DNA of 64,000 bases from an uncultured Acidobacteriota bacterium (GTDB lineage Bacteria > Acidobacteriota > UBA6911): positions 28,496 to 92,495 of the forward strand of contig CAWEJX010000019.1 in the NCBI GenBank assembly GCA_963809485.1, in the 5' to 3' direction. Positions 38,645-49,401 of this stretch are shown here, piece by piece. Below the pieces are notes generated by a model. That model did no database searches and was not told the DNA's origin. It saw only the letters and a program-made list of their open reading frames with translations. Position numbers and translations under genes: made by a program. How positions within the stretch are numbered: the first letter of the stretch is position 1; each line of letters opens with the position of its first letter.

Positions 38645-40396
38645 ATGAGAGAGCCAATGCACAGAATCCAATACACGAAGCTTACAAAAGAGCAGATAGA
38701 CCAAAAGCTTGTCGCAACTGCAGGGGGCCCGGCATGCGTGTCGGAGTATTCGGACGTACTTGCCGGAAAGTCGCTCAAGATCGTGAGCGACAAGGGCCCT
38801 GTTTTGAGCTACGCCTTTAAGAGCAAAAACAGGCTTACCATCGCCGAAGACGGCGGAGCTCCCGTTGAATCAGGCTACGGGGCGCTGATGCTCAAGCAGG
38901 CGGTTTTCTTCTCCCACCTGGTGCCCAAGACTCAGAAAGGCTACAACGTGGTCGTTGATCTCAAGAGCAATCTCGCCACCGTATTCGAAGTGTGGTTCAG
39001 CGGCTACAAAGACGACAACCGGGAGGTTCAGCGCCAGATTTATTACGGCTATGTGGAGGTTGCCGGCAAAGAAGCGCCGAAAGAGCGCCATCACCTTACG
39101 AACAGGATCGAGGGCAAAGGCTTCCACTGGACAAACGACAGGGGCATCGAGACGCTGGAATTCTTTCCGTCGGTAATCTTCTCATCCTTTGTCGAACTCA
39201 CACGACAGGGGGGCGAACTGACATTTTGCGGCCCGTCCGACTTCATTATGATAAATGACAATATGTACATCTATGACAGGACCGAGTGCATAATGTCGGG
39301 CATCCTGACTATGTATGTTCTGGACCTGTTTTCTCTTAAACAGATCGGCGTGCGACTTGGTTTTGATGAAAAGGATAATCTCGAGTACTACATGTTCCGG
39401 GGAACGGGCGAAATCATCGGTCAGGTTGCCACATTTGAATCCTTCCGTGACCACGGTGAAAAGATTGTTATGGGCGCAAAAATGCCGCCGACATCGGAAA
39501 AGGGGCAAAGGCGCGCGTACCGTCCTCTGCTTACGAATCCGCCCATGACCGAGCAGGAGGTTGAGGAAGCTATCCGAAAGAGCACGAGGATTTTTGCCGG
39601 CGGTATGGGCGCCGTCCCCAGCGGTACAGGCAGCGAGGTGGCAGGCAACAAACTGCCGCCCAGCGACTTTCTTGTCGGCAAGGAACTCACTCTCCGATAC
39701 GACAACCGCGGCCCGGTCTGGAATTACAGGTTCGACGAGCCCAAAAAACTCCGCTGGCAGCGCGAGGGCGAAGGGCAATGGCATGAGGAGATCTATGAAG
39801 CCTTTGAACCTGCCGAGGGCCTGATATTTTTCGCTCACATCCACAGCGGAGCCAAGCCCAGCGAGTGTGTCGAAATCGCCCTGGATTTGCAAAATGGGCT
39901 GACGACGTGCGTAATCGCGAAGCTAGGCACACCGTATATGGCAAACGAAGTTTCACGGGAAATCGTTTTCGGCATAATCGAGATGAAAGGTCTGGACGCC
40001 CCCAGGTATTGGCGCCACGCCTTTACCGATGAGCTTGTCGGCTGTGCATTTACATGGGCCTACAGCGACGCCATGAGTTCCATGCATGTTTACAGCACGC
40101 CTCAATCCTATTCGTGGACGATATTCATGGATAACGGCACCCTCGGCATGATGTGGAGCTCCCCCTGCCACTATGTGAAACTCCGCGACTACGCCTATTT
40201 GTTTGAATGGATGGAGGAAGCCTGCAACGGCCATCACAGCACCATCGTGATCAATACCCGAACGATGCGCGAGTGCGGCTTCGGCTATGGCGTCGGCAAG
40301 AATGGGCTGAGCCTCAGCGATGTCGGAGCCTATGCCCGCAACGCCGGATATTATGATGTAAACAGATTCATGGGACCTAAGGGGAAGGGAGCATAA
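38645..40396 (+). CDS. MoaF-like protein with duplicated beta-barrel domains
   Basis: Internal duplication (LAGKSLKI / LVGKELTL; VVVDLKSNLAT / IALDLQNGLTT; HHLTNRIEG / HAFTDELVG), which resembles MoaF N/C domains. Confidence 0.65.
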   Translation: MREPMHRIQYTKLTKEQIDQKLVATAGGPACVSEYSDVLAGKSLKIVSDKGPVLSYAFKSKNRLTIAEDGGAPVESGYGALMLKQAVFFSHLVPKTQKGYNVVVDLKSNLATVFEVWFSGYKDDNREVQRQIYYGYVEVAGKEAPKERHHLTNRIEGKGFHWTNDRGIETLEFFPSVIFSSFVELTRQGGELTFCGPSDFIMINDNMYIYDRTECIMSGILTMYVLDLFSLKQIGVRLGFDEKDNLEYYMFRGTGEIIGQVATFESFRDHGEKIVMGAKMPPTSEKGQRRAYRPLLTNPPMTEQEVEEAIRKSTRIFAGGMGAVPSGTGSEVAGNKLPPSDFLVGKELTLRYDNRGPVWNYRFDEPKKLRWQREGEGQWHEEIYEAFEPAEGLIFFAHIHSGAKPSECVEIALDLQNGLTTCVIAKLGTPYMANEVSREIVFGIIEMKGLDAPRYWRHAFTDELVGCAFTWAYSDAMSSMHVYSTPQSYSWTIFMDNGTLGMMWSSPCHYVKLRDYAYLFEWMEEACNGHHSTIVINTRTMRECGFGYGVGKNGLSLSDVGAYARNAGYYDVNRFMGPKGKGA

Positions 40397-40398
40397 AA

Positions 40399-41253
40399 AT
40401 GGATATGCTAAAAACGCCATCGGAATCCATGAGCAGTCCAAAGCAGCCCAACACCGACCGCAGGTCCTTCATCCGGAAGACGGGATCGGCCCTTTCCGCT
40501 GTGCTCGCTTCCGCGGTTGCCGGCATATCAAAACCCAAGCCCGACGAAGCCGGCGCTTTGAAGGAACAGGTCGAGCGGCTGTCCAATCAGCTGGGAATCC
40601 TCGAAGACACCAACGCAATTCGCAAACTGCACCATGCCTATGGGTACTATCTCGACAAAGGGACCTGGGAGGAAATCGTCAACCTGTTCGACGACGACGG
40701 AGAGGTGTATTTCAACGGCGGCATTTTCGTAGGCAAAGACAGGGGCGTTCGCCGTCTGTATATCGATTATTTTGGCCAGGGTTTCGCCGGACATCATTAC
40801 GGGCCCGTTCACGGTTTCCTCCTCGACCAGACACAGGAGCGGGACGCCATAGATGTAGCGCCGCATCGAAAGTCTGCCAAGGCCCGATTCCACTGTCTCA
40901 TGCAGACGGGCGTCGAGGTGGTCTCCGATTCGCCGATGATGGAAATGGCTCGTCAACAGGGTCAGGGAGTCCTGCAGTGGTGGGAAGGCGGCATGTATGA
41001 AAATTCCTATGTGCGGGACGGCGCTATTTGGAAGATTAAGAGGCTTGGGTATCGTTCCGTATGGCAAGCCGATTATGCATTGGGTTGGGCCTGTGCCAGG
41101 CCGGGTTCTATCGCTTGTTTTTCAAAAACGTATCCGGAGGATCCGGCAGGACCGGACAGACTCATCGCGCCGGCAGCGGAGCCGCGGCTGGAAACGGAGG
41201 TATTAACCTTCCGCTACCCGCATCCCGTGACCGGGGCGCTTTGGAAGGCATAA
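40399..41253 (+). CDS. SnoaL/NTF2-like domain protein with Tat signal
   Basis: DRRSFIRK; coiled segment; AIRKLHHAYGYYLD; GGMYENSYVRDGAIWKIKRL. Confidence 0.85.
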   Translation: MDMLKTPSESMSSPKQPNTDRRSFIRKTGSALSAVLASAVAGISKPKPDEAGALKEQVERLSNQLGILEDTNAIRKLHHAYGYYLDKGTWEEIVNLFDDDGEVYFNGGIFVGKDRGVRRLYIDYFGQGFAGHHYGPVHGFLLDQTQERDAIDVAPHRKSAKARFHCLMQTGVEVVSDSPMMEMARQQGQGVLQWWEGGMYENSYVRDGAIWKIKRLGYRSVWQADYALGWACARPGSIACFSKTYPEDPAGPDRLIAPAAEPRLETEVLTFRYPHPVTGALWKA

Positions 41254-41589
41254 TCCTGCGGTTTAAAACGCCCAAAAGACATCTATTGCGCATCAAACCT
41301 CGATTTTTTCATCGGTCGCGATCAAGCGCCTTTGAGAGACCAGCAACCATAAAGCTTCCGGATCTGCCGGAGGATACTTACTCCGTGGAATAGCGCATCT
41401 CTTGCGACAGATGCCGCTTTGAAGATTAGGGGAGAAAACGCTTGCCCGGAGGCAGGCAATCAATGCTAAACTTGACCGATTGATTTTGGTAAAAAGTGTC
41501 TCCTGGCTTTGGAGAGCATATTTTTCCACTTTCCTTGAAGACGTACAGACCAGTAGCAAATAGCCAGCTATTTAACGAGGAGAAAAGAG

Positions 41590-42538
41590 ATGAAATATGC
41601 CAGATTTGCCATTTTGTTAGGCGTATTGGTGTCGACTCTGGTCGCTGGCTGTGTGTTCGCAGGTGCCCTGCCGCCCACCGGCGTTTCGGCGGCCCCAACT
41701 ACACCGGTGGTCGCTCCGGCCGTAAAGCCCCAGGCGCAGTGGAACGTAGTCGTACCCAAGACGAATGTCGGGGAAAAGTTGAGAATGGCCGCATTCTTCG
41801 ACGAGAGCTTTGGCCTCACGGGAGGGGCTGGGAGACGTTGGCAAGGCTCGCTATACACTCAGACGGCGGCAAAAACTGGACCACGGCTGATAGTAGCGGG
41901 GGCTGACTGTACTCCATGGACATCGTGGATGTCCAAACGATCTGGCAATGTGGTATGAAAAACGTCAGTGTGAGCACAGACGGCGGCAAAACGTGGAAAG
42001 CCATCGAAGAAAAAGCCGGCGGCATGGGCTGTATTCTGTCCTTTGCAGACACTGAGACGGGGTGGCTCGGCTTTGGGACCAAATTCCAGATGACGACGGA
42101 TGGCGGCGCGACCTGGAAAGAACTGGCTCTGCCCAAGGATGTAAGTAAGGTCGCCGCAATTTCACTTCGCACGCCGACAGGACGGGTATCTGGTAGATGG
42201 GAATGGTGTTCTGCACATCACTCAAGATGGAGGCAAGACATGGTCATCCCAATCGTTAGGGCTTGACGGCTCCGAGTATTATGGGCTTCGGCAGCGGACC
42301 ATTTATCAATGAGACTCCACAGGCTGCCGTGCGTTTCCTCGACGGCAACCACGGACTGGTCGTCCTGGGTCTCTCCGGCAAGACCAGTCTGATCGCCTTG
42401 CGCACGGCCGATGGCGGCAAGACCTGGAAAGAGGAAAGTCTGCCTGCCGAATTGGGTACGCCCTACATATCGCGCGACGGCAAGTTTTTGACCGTGAATC
42501 AATGGGGCAAGGGGGTCATCCTGCTCAAATACGAGTGA
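41590..42538 (+). CDS. YCF48/BNR-repeat beta-propeller lipoprotein with apparent frameshifts and an in-frame TGA (candidate selenoprotein or pseudogene)
   Basis: Lipobox LVAGC; five Asp-box T/SxDGGxxW repeats spread over several frames; TGA at 41904-41906 lies in frame between SSGG and LYSMDIVD. Confidence 0.75.
41907..41935 (+). promoter_or_regulatory. Candidate bacterial SECIS hairpin
   Basis: TGGACATC-GTG-GATGTCCA: 8-bp stem starting 10 nt after the TGA, apical loop starting with G 18 nt downstream. Confidence 0.5.
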
Positions 42539-42855
42539 CCGAGCCTGCAATTGGGATTTTTCCCCGGAAGATCGGAAGATCGGAAGATCTCTTCAGTCCA
42601 TCGGAAATTCAGAAAAGCTGGCCAGGGATGAAGGATCTATCGGAAGTCCCGCGATAGAAGAGGCATCCAGGTCTGCAAACGGCTTTCGCGGGACTTCTTT
42701 TTTCGGCAGTGGAGATACGGCCCCCGTTTCTCCGTGATATAGTACGCCAAAGAAAAGTCCGCCCGGGAGAGGCCATAGAATCGAGGCCTCGCGTTCCGCG
42801 AAGACGGAAGATTCATAGGGCAACAAGCTAATAGCCATACACCAAAGGAGGAGCT

Positions 42856-43620
42856 ATGTCGGCAGAAAGAAGGCTTGCACTGGTAACAGGGGCCACCATG
42901 CCCAGGGGCATCGGAAGAGCGACAGCCCTCACCCTTGCGCGGGAAGGGTGCGACGTGGTCGTTACGGGCTTCAGCAATATGGATGGAGCCATAGCGGTTT
43001 CGGAGGAGATAAAAGCCATGGGCCGCAGATCCCTTGCCCTGAAGATGAATGGAAGGGATTACGGCGACGTGCAGAAGGCTTTTGCCACCATCAAGACGGA
43101 GCTTGGGCCGGTCGAGATACTCGTCAACAACGTCGCCCAGATGCGCCGGATGGTAACCATCGCCAAGACGACCATGGACGATTGGGAAAATGAGGTGAAG
43201 CTCTGCCTGAATTCCGCCTTTTACTGCATCAAGGAGGCATGGGAGGGCATGTGCGCCAACAAGTGGGGGCGCATCGTCAACATGACCTCCGTGGCGGGTG
43301 TCATGGGCGGCTACGGCCAGTCGAGCTATGGCTCCGCCAAGGCAGGCCTTATCGGTCTCGCGAAGTGCGTGGCCCTGGAGGGTGCAAGGTTCAACATTAC
43401 GGCCAACTGCGTCCTTGTGGGCATGGCCCAGACCGAAGCGTACGACGAGCCGATAAGCGAAGAGATCCGGAAGAACATTGAAAGGAAGATTGCCTTCCGC
43501 AGGGCCGCATCTCCCCAGGAAGTTGCCGAAGCCATTGCCTATGTCGTTTCCGAGAAGGCCAGGTACATGACGGGCAGCATCGTCGACCTCATGGGCGGCC
43601 TCGATCTTTTCATCATCTAG
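42856..43620 (+). CDS. Short-chain dehydrogenase/reductase (FabG-like)
   Basis: TGATMPRGIG, LVNN, S...YGSAK; AGGAGG RBS. Confidence 0.92.
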   Translation: MSAERRLALVTGATMPRGIGRATALTLAREGCDVVVTGFSNMDGAIAVSEEIKAMGRRSLALKMNGRDYGDVQKAFATIKTELGPVEILVNNVAQMRRMVTIAKTTMDDWENEVKLCLNSAFYCIKEAWEGMCANKWGRIVNMTSVAGVMGGYGQSSYGSAKAGLIGLAKCVALEGARFNITANCVLVGMAQTEAYDEPISEEIRKNIERKIAFRRAASPQEVAEAIAYVVSEKARYMTGSIVDLMGGLDLFII

Positions 43621-43667
43621 CCCCGAAAGAGCCTGCAGGCCTTTTTCGGGGCACGCGTCCTTTTTTG
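43620..43667 (+). terminator. Possible intrinsic terminator
   Basis: GCCCCGAAA...TTTCGGGGC followed by a T-run. Confidence 0.45.
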
Positions 43668-44563
43668 ATGGGGTCGCCCTTGTCGGAGACCTGTCTCGAA
43701 AATCCAGTCTACCTGCTCATGTGCTTCCTGCGGTCGATGTAAATTGAAACGAATAAACATCTTTCGTCCTATCCTGACGCGCTTCGTCCGCCGGCCGGCG
43801 CAAAGGCGGAGGCGCAGGTTTTTCCCTCCGAACGCCCTCGCCAGAACCCATTCTGTCTTCATGGTTTTATCTTGACAACGTGCCGCTTCTATAGGAGTGT
43901 AGACCGCGTTGTTTTTGGGAGTTTTCGGCGTTGGCTGCAGTAAAAAAGATGTGCTTTGGCGGTCCTCGATATGCCACAGCCTTTGTTTGAACCGGTTGGG
44001 CAAAAGCAAGACGTTCGGGGGCCGTGCCGGAAACAGGAATCCCTGAAATAGATAGTGATAGGCACTGGGGTTTGTCCAGCGTGTCCGAAGGTGGTGTAGA
44101 GCTGGCAGACCCTGAAGCGGGTGCAATCGTCAACCCTGCCGCAGGGGCGGCAGGCTGTTGGAATTTCTGTTGTGCCGGTTGCGCCTGACACGGCTTTTGG
44201 AGCGTTTGATTTAGTAGAGACAAAAAATAGAGAAGCGCCTGCCGATGCAGTGCGCTCGTTGCTATAGAAAGCTGTTGTTTTGTTTAGAGTATCAAGGTGT
44301 CTGGTAAAGCTCTGAATTCAAATCGCCGCATGATATAACCCGGCGGAGAAGATACAGGGCGTTGACGCTTATTCTGCAAAGAGAGACGAGGCCGCAGGAT
44401 GAGCCTGCCTTCCAAGTCTCTATGCTATGTTACCAGGCGCGCCGAGCGGTTCGAATTTGTTGGTTCATTTGGGATCCGGCCTGAAGGAGCGTCGTTGCTC
44501 CGTTGCATGCGGCCGGGTGCCCGGCGGACAGAGACGGACCGCCGATGCGGAAAGGAGTCTACA

Positions 44564-46531
44564 ATGATTGTAGGAGTGATAGGTTCGGGATCCATCGGTC
44601 CCGACCTGGCATACGGTTTCCTCTCTGCCCTGGCGGCAGGGGAGGGAGGAAAGGTTTACCTCCTGGATATTAAAAAGGAGGCGCTGGACGCGGGCGTCGG
44701 CCGGATTGAAGGCTATATCGGCAAAGCTGTGGCTCGCGGCCGCATGAGTCAGAAGGCGGCGGAGGCGACGAGAGCTGCCCTTATCCCAACCATGGATATC
44801 AAGGATCTCGCCGGGTGTGCTTATGTCCTGGAGGCTGCAACCGAGGACCTCAAGACAAAACGAATTATCCTGAGAAACCTCGAGAACGTCGTCCGGGCGG
44901 ACTGTCTTATCGGCTTCGCAACTTCCGCGATCCCGAGAGCGCAGATTGCTTCCGAGGCGCTGCATCCCGATCGATGCTTTGTGAACCACCCGTTCTACCC
45001 TGCATGGCGCGCGCTGCCCGTGGAGGTTGTGGCATCCGGCGACGCAAAGTTCAGCGCCCGCATGCTTGAAGTTCTCCGGAAGCTTGGCAAGGTGCCCATC
45101 ATTACCGCAGATGTGCCTGCTTTTGCTGCAGATGACATCTTCAGCAACTATATCTGCGAAGCCATGCGCATTGCCGAGGAGGGCGTCGCGACGCCGGCTC
45201 AGGTCGATTACATCGTCAACAGCGCCATCGGCGGCGGTGGGCCGTTTAATGTAATGGATTTGACCCACGGGAACGTCCTTATCGTGCATATTCAGGAATT
45301 AATGCAGGAAGCCCACGGCGGAAATGCGTGGTTTGCGCCACCGGCTTATCTGGTGAAACAGGGTAATAAGGCATGGCACGACCCCAAAGCTCCGGGCAAA
45401 ACGAAAGCCACAAAAGCCCAGCAAAAACAGGTGCTCGACCGCATCCTTGCGGTATTGATGGGAAGAACCTTCGCCGTGGCTGAAAACGGAGTGTGCGATC
45501 CCTCAGATCTCAACTGGCTGATTCGGATGTCCCTCGGATTCAACGAAGGGACGCTGGACCTGGGTCAGAAGCTCGGCGCTGATCGCGTAGCCGAGTTATG
45601 CCTTAATTACAAAAAAGCTTACCCGGATTTTCCGGTTCCGAAATGCGTGGCGGAAAAGAAGCTGCCTGTTTATTTGCGCGACGTGGTCGTTGAGCGCGAC
45701 GGCGATATGGCCGTAGTTATGGTTCGCCGTCCGGAAGTCAAGAATGCGCTTTGCATGCAGGCGGTCCAGGAATTGAAGACTGCATTTGAAACCCTGAACA
45801 AGGATCCGAAAATAAAGGGAATCATATTCACAGGCTATGAAGGGGCGCTTTCCGGCGCCGATATCAATGAGCTGGCGGACCTGAAGACCCGCGAAGAGAC
45901 CGAAGGCATTTGCCTGAAAGCCTACCCCGTACAGGCGTTGATCGCCGGGATGAGGAAACCGGTGATCGCGGCCGTCAACGGGCCCGTGATGGGCGGCGGC
46001 GCGGAATTCTGCATGGCCTGCCACGCCCGCATGGTCGGGCCCAACCTGTTGTTCGGGCAGCCGGAAGTCAACCTGGGAATCGTGCCCGGAAACGGTGCGA
46101 CGCAGCGTCTGCCGCGGCTTGTAGGCGTGGAGCGCGCTCTCGGGCTTCTGCGGACCGCGCGTACCATAGGGGCGGAAGAAGCGTGCGCGCTGGGCTGGGC
46201 ATACGGCAAACCGGTTGCCGATCCCATAAGCGCCGCCAAGGATCTCATCCGCCAACATATTGCCGGAAAAGTAAAGCTTGCAACAGTGGATCCGGCTCCA
46301 CTGGCTGTACCGGATCCGATTCCCAACGTGGATATCGGTCACCGATCATTGAAAATCGACGCGATACTAGTCGATGCTGTGAAGCGAGGCGTTCAACTCC
46401 CGCTCGATGAGGGACTTATTGTCGAAGCGAAGGCATTTGCCGATACCAAAGAGACTGTGGATGCGGATATCGGCTTTCAGAATTTTGTCATGAACGGTGC
46501 GCGCGTCCCTGCCGCCTTCATGCACGAGTAG
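44564..46531 (+). CDS. 3-hydroxyacyl-CoA dehydrogenase / enoyl-CoA hydratase fusion
   Basis: GSGSIGPD, EAATEDL, NHPFYPAW; SGADI, GGGAEF, QPEVNLG; AAGGAG RBS. Confidence 0.92.
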   Translation: MIVGVIGSGSIGPDLAYGFLSALAAGEGGKVYLLDIKKEALDAGVGRIEGYIGKAVARGRMSQKAAEATRAALIPTMDIKDLAGCAYVLEAATEDLKTKRIILRNLENVVRADCLIGFATSAIPRAQIASEALHPDRCFVNHPFYPAWRALPVEVVASGDAKFSARMLEVLRKLGKVPIITADVPAFAADDIFSNYICEAMRIAEEGVATPAQVDYIVNSAIGGGGPFNVMDLTHGNVLIVHIQELMQEAHGGNAWFAPPAYLVKQGNKAWHDPKAPGKTKATKAQQKQVLDRILAVLMGRTFAVAENGVCDPSDLNWLIRMSLGFNEGTLDLGQKLGADRVAELCLNYKKAYPDFPVPKCVAEKKLPVYLRDVVVERDGDMAVVMVRRPEVKNALCMQAVQELKTAFETLNKDPKIKGIIFTGYEGALSGADINELADLKTREETEGICLKAYPVQALIAGMRKPVIAAVNGPVMGGGAEFCMACHARMVGPNLLFGQPEVNLGIVPGNGATQRLPRLVGVERALGLLRTARTIGAEEACALGWAYGKPVADPISAAKDLIRQHIAGKVKLATVDPAPLAVPDPIPNVDIGHRSLKIDAILVDAVKRGVQLPLDEGLIVEAKAFADTKETVDADIGFQNFVMNGARVPAAFMHE

Positions 46532-46547
46532 GAAGGAGAAAGCGAAT

Positions 46548-47831
46548 ATGGCGGCAGGAAAATCAATCGTCATTCTCGACGGCGGCCGCAGGCTGCCGCG
46601 GGCAGACATATTGCACAATAACAAGGCGCCGGGCCTCTTCGGCCGGTTTTCAACGACTCAGCTCGGAGGCATGGCTATCAAAGCAGCACTGGCGCATACG
46701 GCCATCGATCCCAAGCTGATCGGTCATGTGATCATGGGAATGGCGGCACACAGCCATCGTGATTCTGTTTACGGGGCCCAGGGTATGCGCTGGCGCGGCG
46801 GCCTGCACCATGATGTGCCCGCTCTCACGGTGGCGCGCATTTGCGGCAGCGGGGCCGAGGCCATCTCCGTCGCTTCGGAAATGGCTATGGCGGGGCTCAG
46901 GCATGATAAGGCGCGTCCCTTTTATGTGGTGGGCGGCGGCGAAAGCATGCAGTACCCGTTCTCGCTTTACAACATGCGCGGCAGGATGGTGGGAACCTCC
47001 GTGCAGAAATACGGTCCCGTCGACGCCAAGGCCCTCGCTCCCGGCACATACCTTCAGGATGCGCTGCTCATGTGCCTGTACGACCCGAGTGCGTTGCTGT
47101 CGATGGCCAGAACCGCCGAGAAATTGGGCCGGCAATACAAGATCACCCGCGAAGAATGCGACCGTTTCGGCCTCCGTTCCCACGTGAACGCAAAGAAGGC
47201 GCGCGATGCGGGCCATTTCGATGAAGAACTCGAGCCGGTGACCGTGGAACAGGGCGGTTCCGCACCGGCAATAACCGTCAAGTATGACACCCACATCCTG
47301 GAAAATCCCACCATGGAGGGGATGGCGAAGCTTCCTCCCGCTTTCGAAGCCGGCGGCATGATTACCGCGGGCAACGCGAGCGCCGTAGTCGATTGCGCGG
47401 CGGCCATGGTCCTGGGTCTGGAGTCTGACGCAAAGCGCTACAAATTGAAACCTCTGTGCCGCATCGCCGGCTATGGAGTGGCCGGCGTTGAACCGAATAT
47501 CATGGGCATCGGTCCGGTTCCGGCGACTCAAAAGGCTCTGGCGAGCGCCGGGATCAAAGGCAGGCAGATCGATATCGTGGAGATCAACGAAGCCTTTGCT
47601 CCACAGTCTTTGGCTTGTGCGCGCGAGTTCGAAAAAATGGGCATTGACCCGGAGAAGATCAATCCGATGGGCAATGCCATCGCATTGGGACATCCGCTGG
47701 GTGCAACCGGAGCCATCTTGACGCTTACCTGTGCCTATGCCTTGCGGCGCAGGAAGCTGCGCTACGGCCTGGTTACCATGTGCATCGGAGGAGGCCAGGG
47801 TATTGCATTAGTGTTGGAGTCGATTCATTAA
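46548..47831 (+). CDS. Thiolase (acetyl-CoA C-acyltransferase)
   Basis: RICGSG, INEAF, GHPLGATG, CIGGGQG. Confidence 0.95.
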   Translation: MAAGKSIVILDGGRRLPRADILHNNKAPGLFGRFSTTQLGGMAIKAALAHTAIDPKLIGHVIMGMAAHSHRDSVYGAQGMRWRGGLHHDVPALTVARICGSGAEAISVASEMAMAGLRHDKARPFYVVGGGESMQYPFSLYNMRGRMVGTSVQKYGPVDAKALAPGTYLQDALLMCLYDPSALLSMARTAEKLGRQYKITREECDRFGLRSHVNAKKARDAGHFDEELEPVTVEQGGSAPAITVKYDTHILENPTMEGMAKLPPAFEAGGMITAGNASAVVDCAAAMVLGLESDAKRYKLKPLCRIAGYGVAGVEPNIMGIGPVPATQKALASAGIKGRQIDIVEINEAFAPQSLACAREFEKMGIDPEKINPMGNAIALGHPLGATGAILTLTCAYALRRRKLRYGLVTMCIGGGQGIALVLESIH

Positions 47832-48035
47832 CTCGACAAGGCGGGACGGCAGCCTGCCGTCCCGCCGCTCCGTGGCCTCGAACCGTCATTCTGGGAATTC
47901 GGCGATAGTAGAATAGCGGAGCCATCGGGGATGCGGGACCTGCCTGGTGATGCCGGCCGCAGTCCGGTCTCATTCAATCATTGTCTTTGGTGATTTAAGC
48001 AGCCAATTTGTCAAACACAAAGAGAGGACTAGCTT

Positions 48036-49400
48036 ATGGCTGAAGCTACTTGGCGGAATTATTTGGAAAACAAGCATAGCAAGCCGGCACCGCTCAAAGG
48101 AGTTAAGGTGCTGGAAATATGCACGCTGATTCTTGGACCTTCGGGCCCGTCGTTCCTCGCGAAGCTGGGTGCGGAAGTGATCAAATGCGAAATTCCACCC
48201 TTGGGAGATACCTCGCGCAACCTTATTCCTTTTGGCGATTATTTCCGGGAGCAGGGAACGGGTTTTGTGCATGCCAACGAAAATAAATACTGGATGGGTT
48301 TGGATCTTCATAAGCCGGAAGGCCAGGAGATATTCAAGCAACTGGTTGCTCAGTCCGACATCGTTGAAGAGAATATGCGCCCGGGAGTTCTGGAAAAATG
48401 GAATGTCGGCTACCCTCAGTTGAAAGCGATCAATCCGCGCATTATCTACATCGCAAAAAACGGTTATGGGCAGTGGGGGAAATACGCAGAAGAGAATATG
48501 CCCTCGAATGACGGGGCTTCACAAGCCTGGGCCGGATTTGCCTGGTTGTCATCTTTCCCGGGACAGCGGCCGCTTAAAAGCCGTCTTTATGTCTGTGATA
48601 ACTTTGGGGGCCTGATGGGCGAAGTTGCCGTTTTGGCCGCGCTCCATCACCGGCAGAGAACAGGCCAGGGGCAGTTTATCGAGCTGTCGCAAACCGAAGC
48701 TATCATGCGGATGATGTCCTGGGTCTGGCCGTATCAAAAAATTACGGGAAAGACCGCCATGCCGGCAGGCAATAGAGATCTATGCGTCAGTCCGGCGGAT
48801 ACCTTCCGCTGCAGGGATAACCGGTTCGTTGCAATCGCCGCGGCGATGCCGAAGGAATTTCAGGGATTATGCAAGGCGATGGGGCGGCCGAAACTGGCCC
48901 TTAATCCGAAATTCAAAGACCATCTGACCCGTTTGCGTGATGAGAATACCCTGGAACTCCTGAAAATTATCGGGGACTGGGCAAGAAAGAAAACGCCGGA
49001 GGAAATCGAGCGCCTTGCTGAGGAATTCGGTTTTGCAGCAACCCGTATCCTGAGCGTCAAGGATATCGTGGATGATGACATCGCCGTGAGCAGGGGCTTT
49101 ATGGCCTATGTGGATGATCCCATGATCGGCCCGTTCTACGAATATGAATTTCCCGGTCATGATGTCCAAGACGCCTCCCAAGGTTAAATGGTCGGTCCGG
49201 GCCATCGGATTCGACAACGAATTCATCATGACGCATAGGCTGGGCAAGAATCAGCGAACAGATAAAAAAATATTATGAATGCGGCGCTTTGGGCAAATGG
49301 GCGGATTTGATTTCGCGGAGGCCGCCATCCGAGCTGGGATGGCAAAACCGGAATCATCCTGGCGAGGCAACAAGCCAAGACAGCAGAAAGGGGCAAATAA
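48036..49400 (+). CDS. Family III CoA-transferase, catalytic subunit (3' end frameshifted)
   Basis: [14 protein letters not shown], catalytic Asp in VCDNFGG; after about 49153 the frame continues as [12 protein letters not shown]...GFDNEF, then ALGKWAD, then WDGKTG...ERGK-stop at 49400. Confidence 0.8.
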
Positions 49401-49401
49401 T

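Noticed and set aside
42567-42589. GAAGATCG x3 microsatellite
   Set aside because: Very short and intergenic, with no evidence of function
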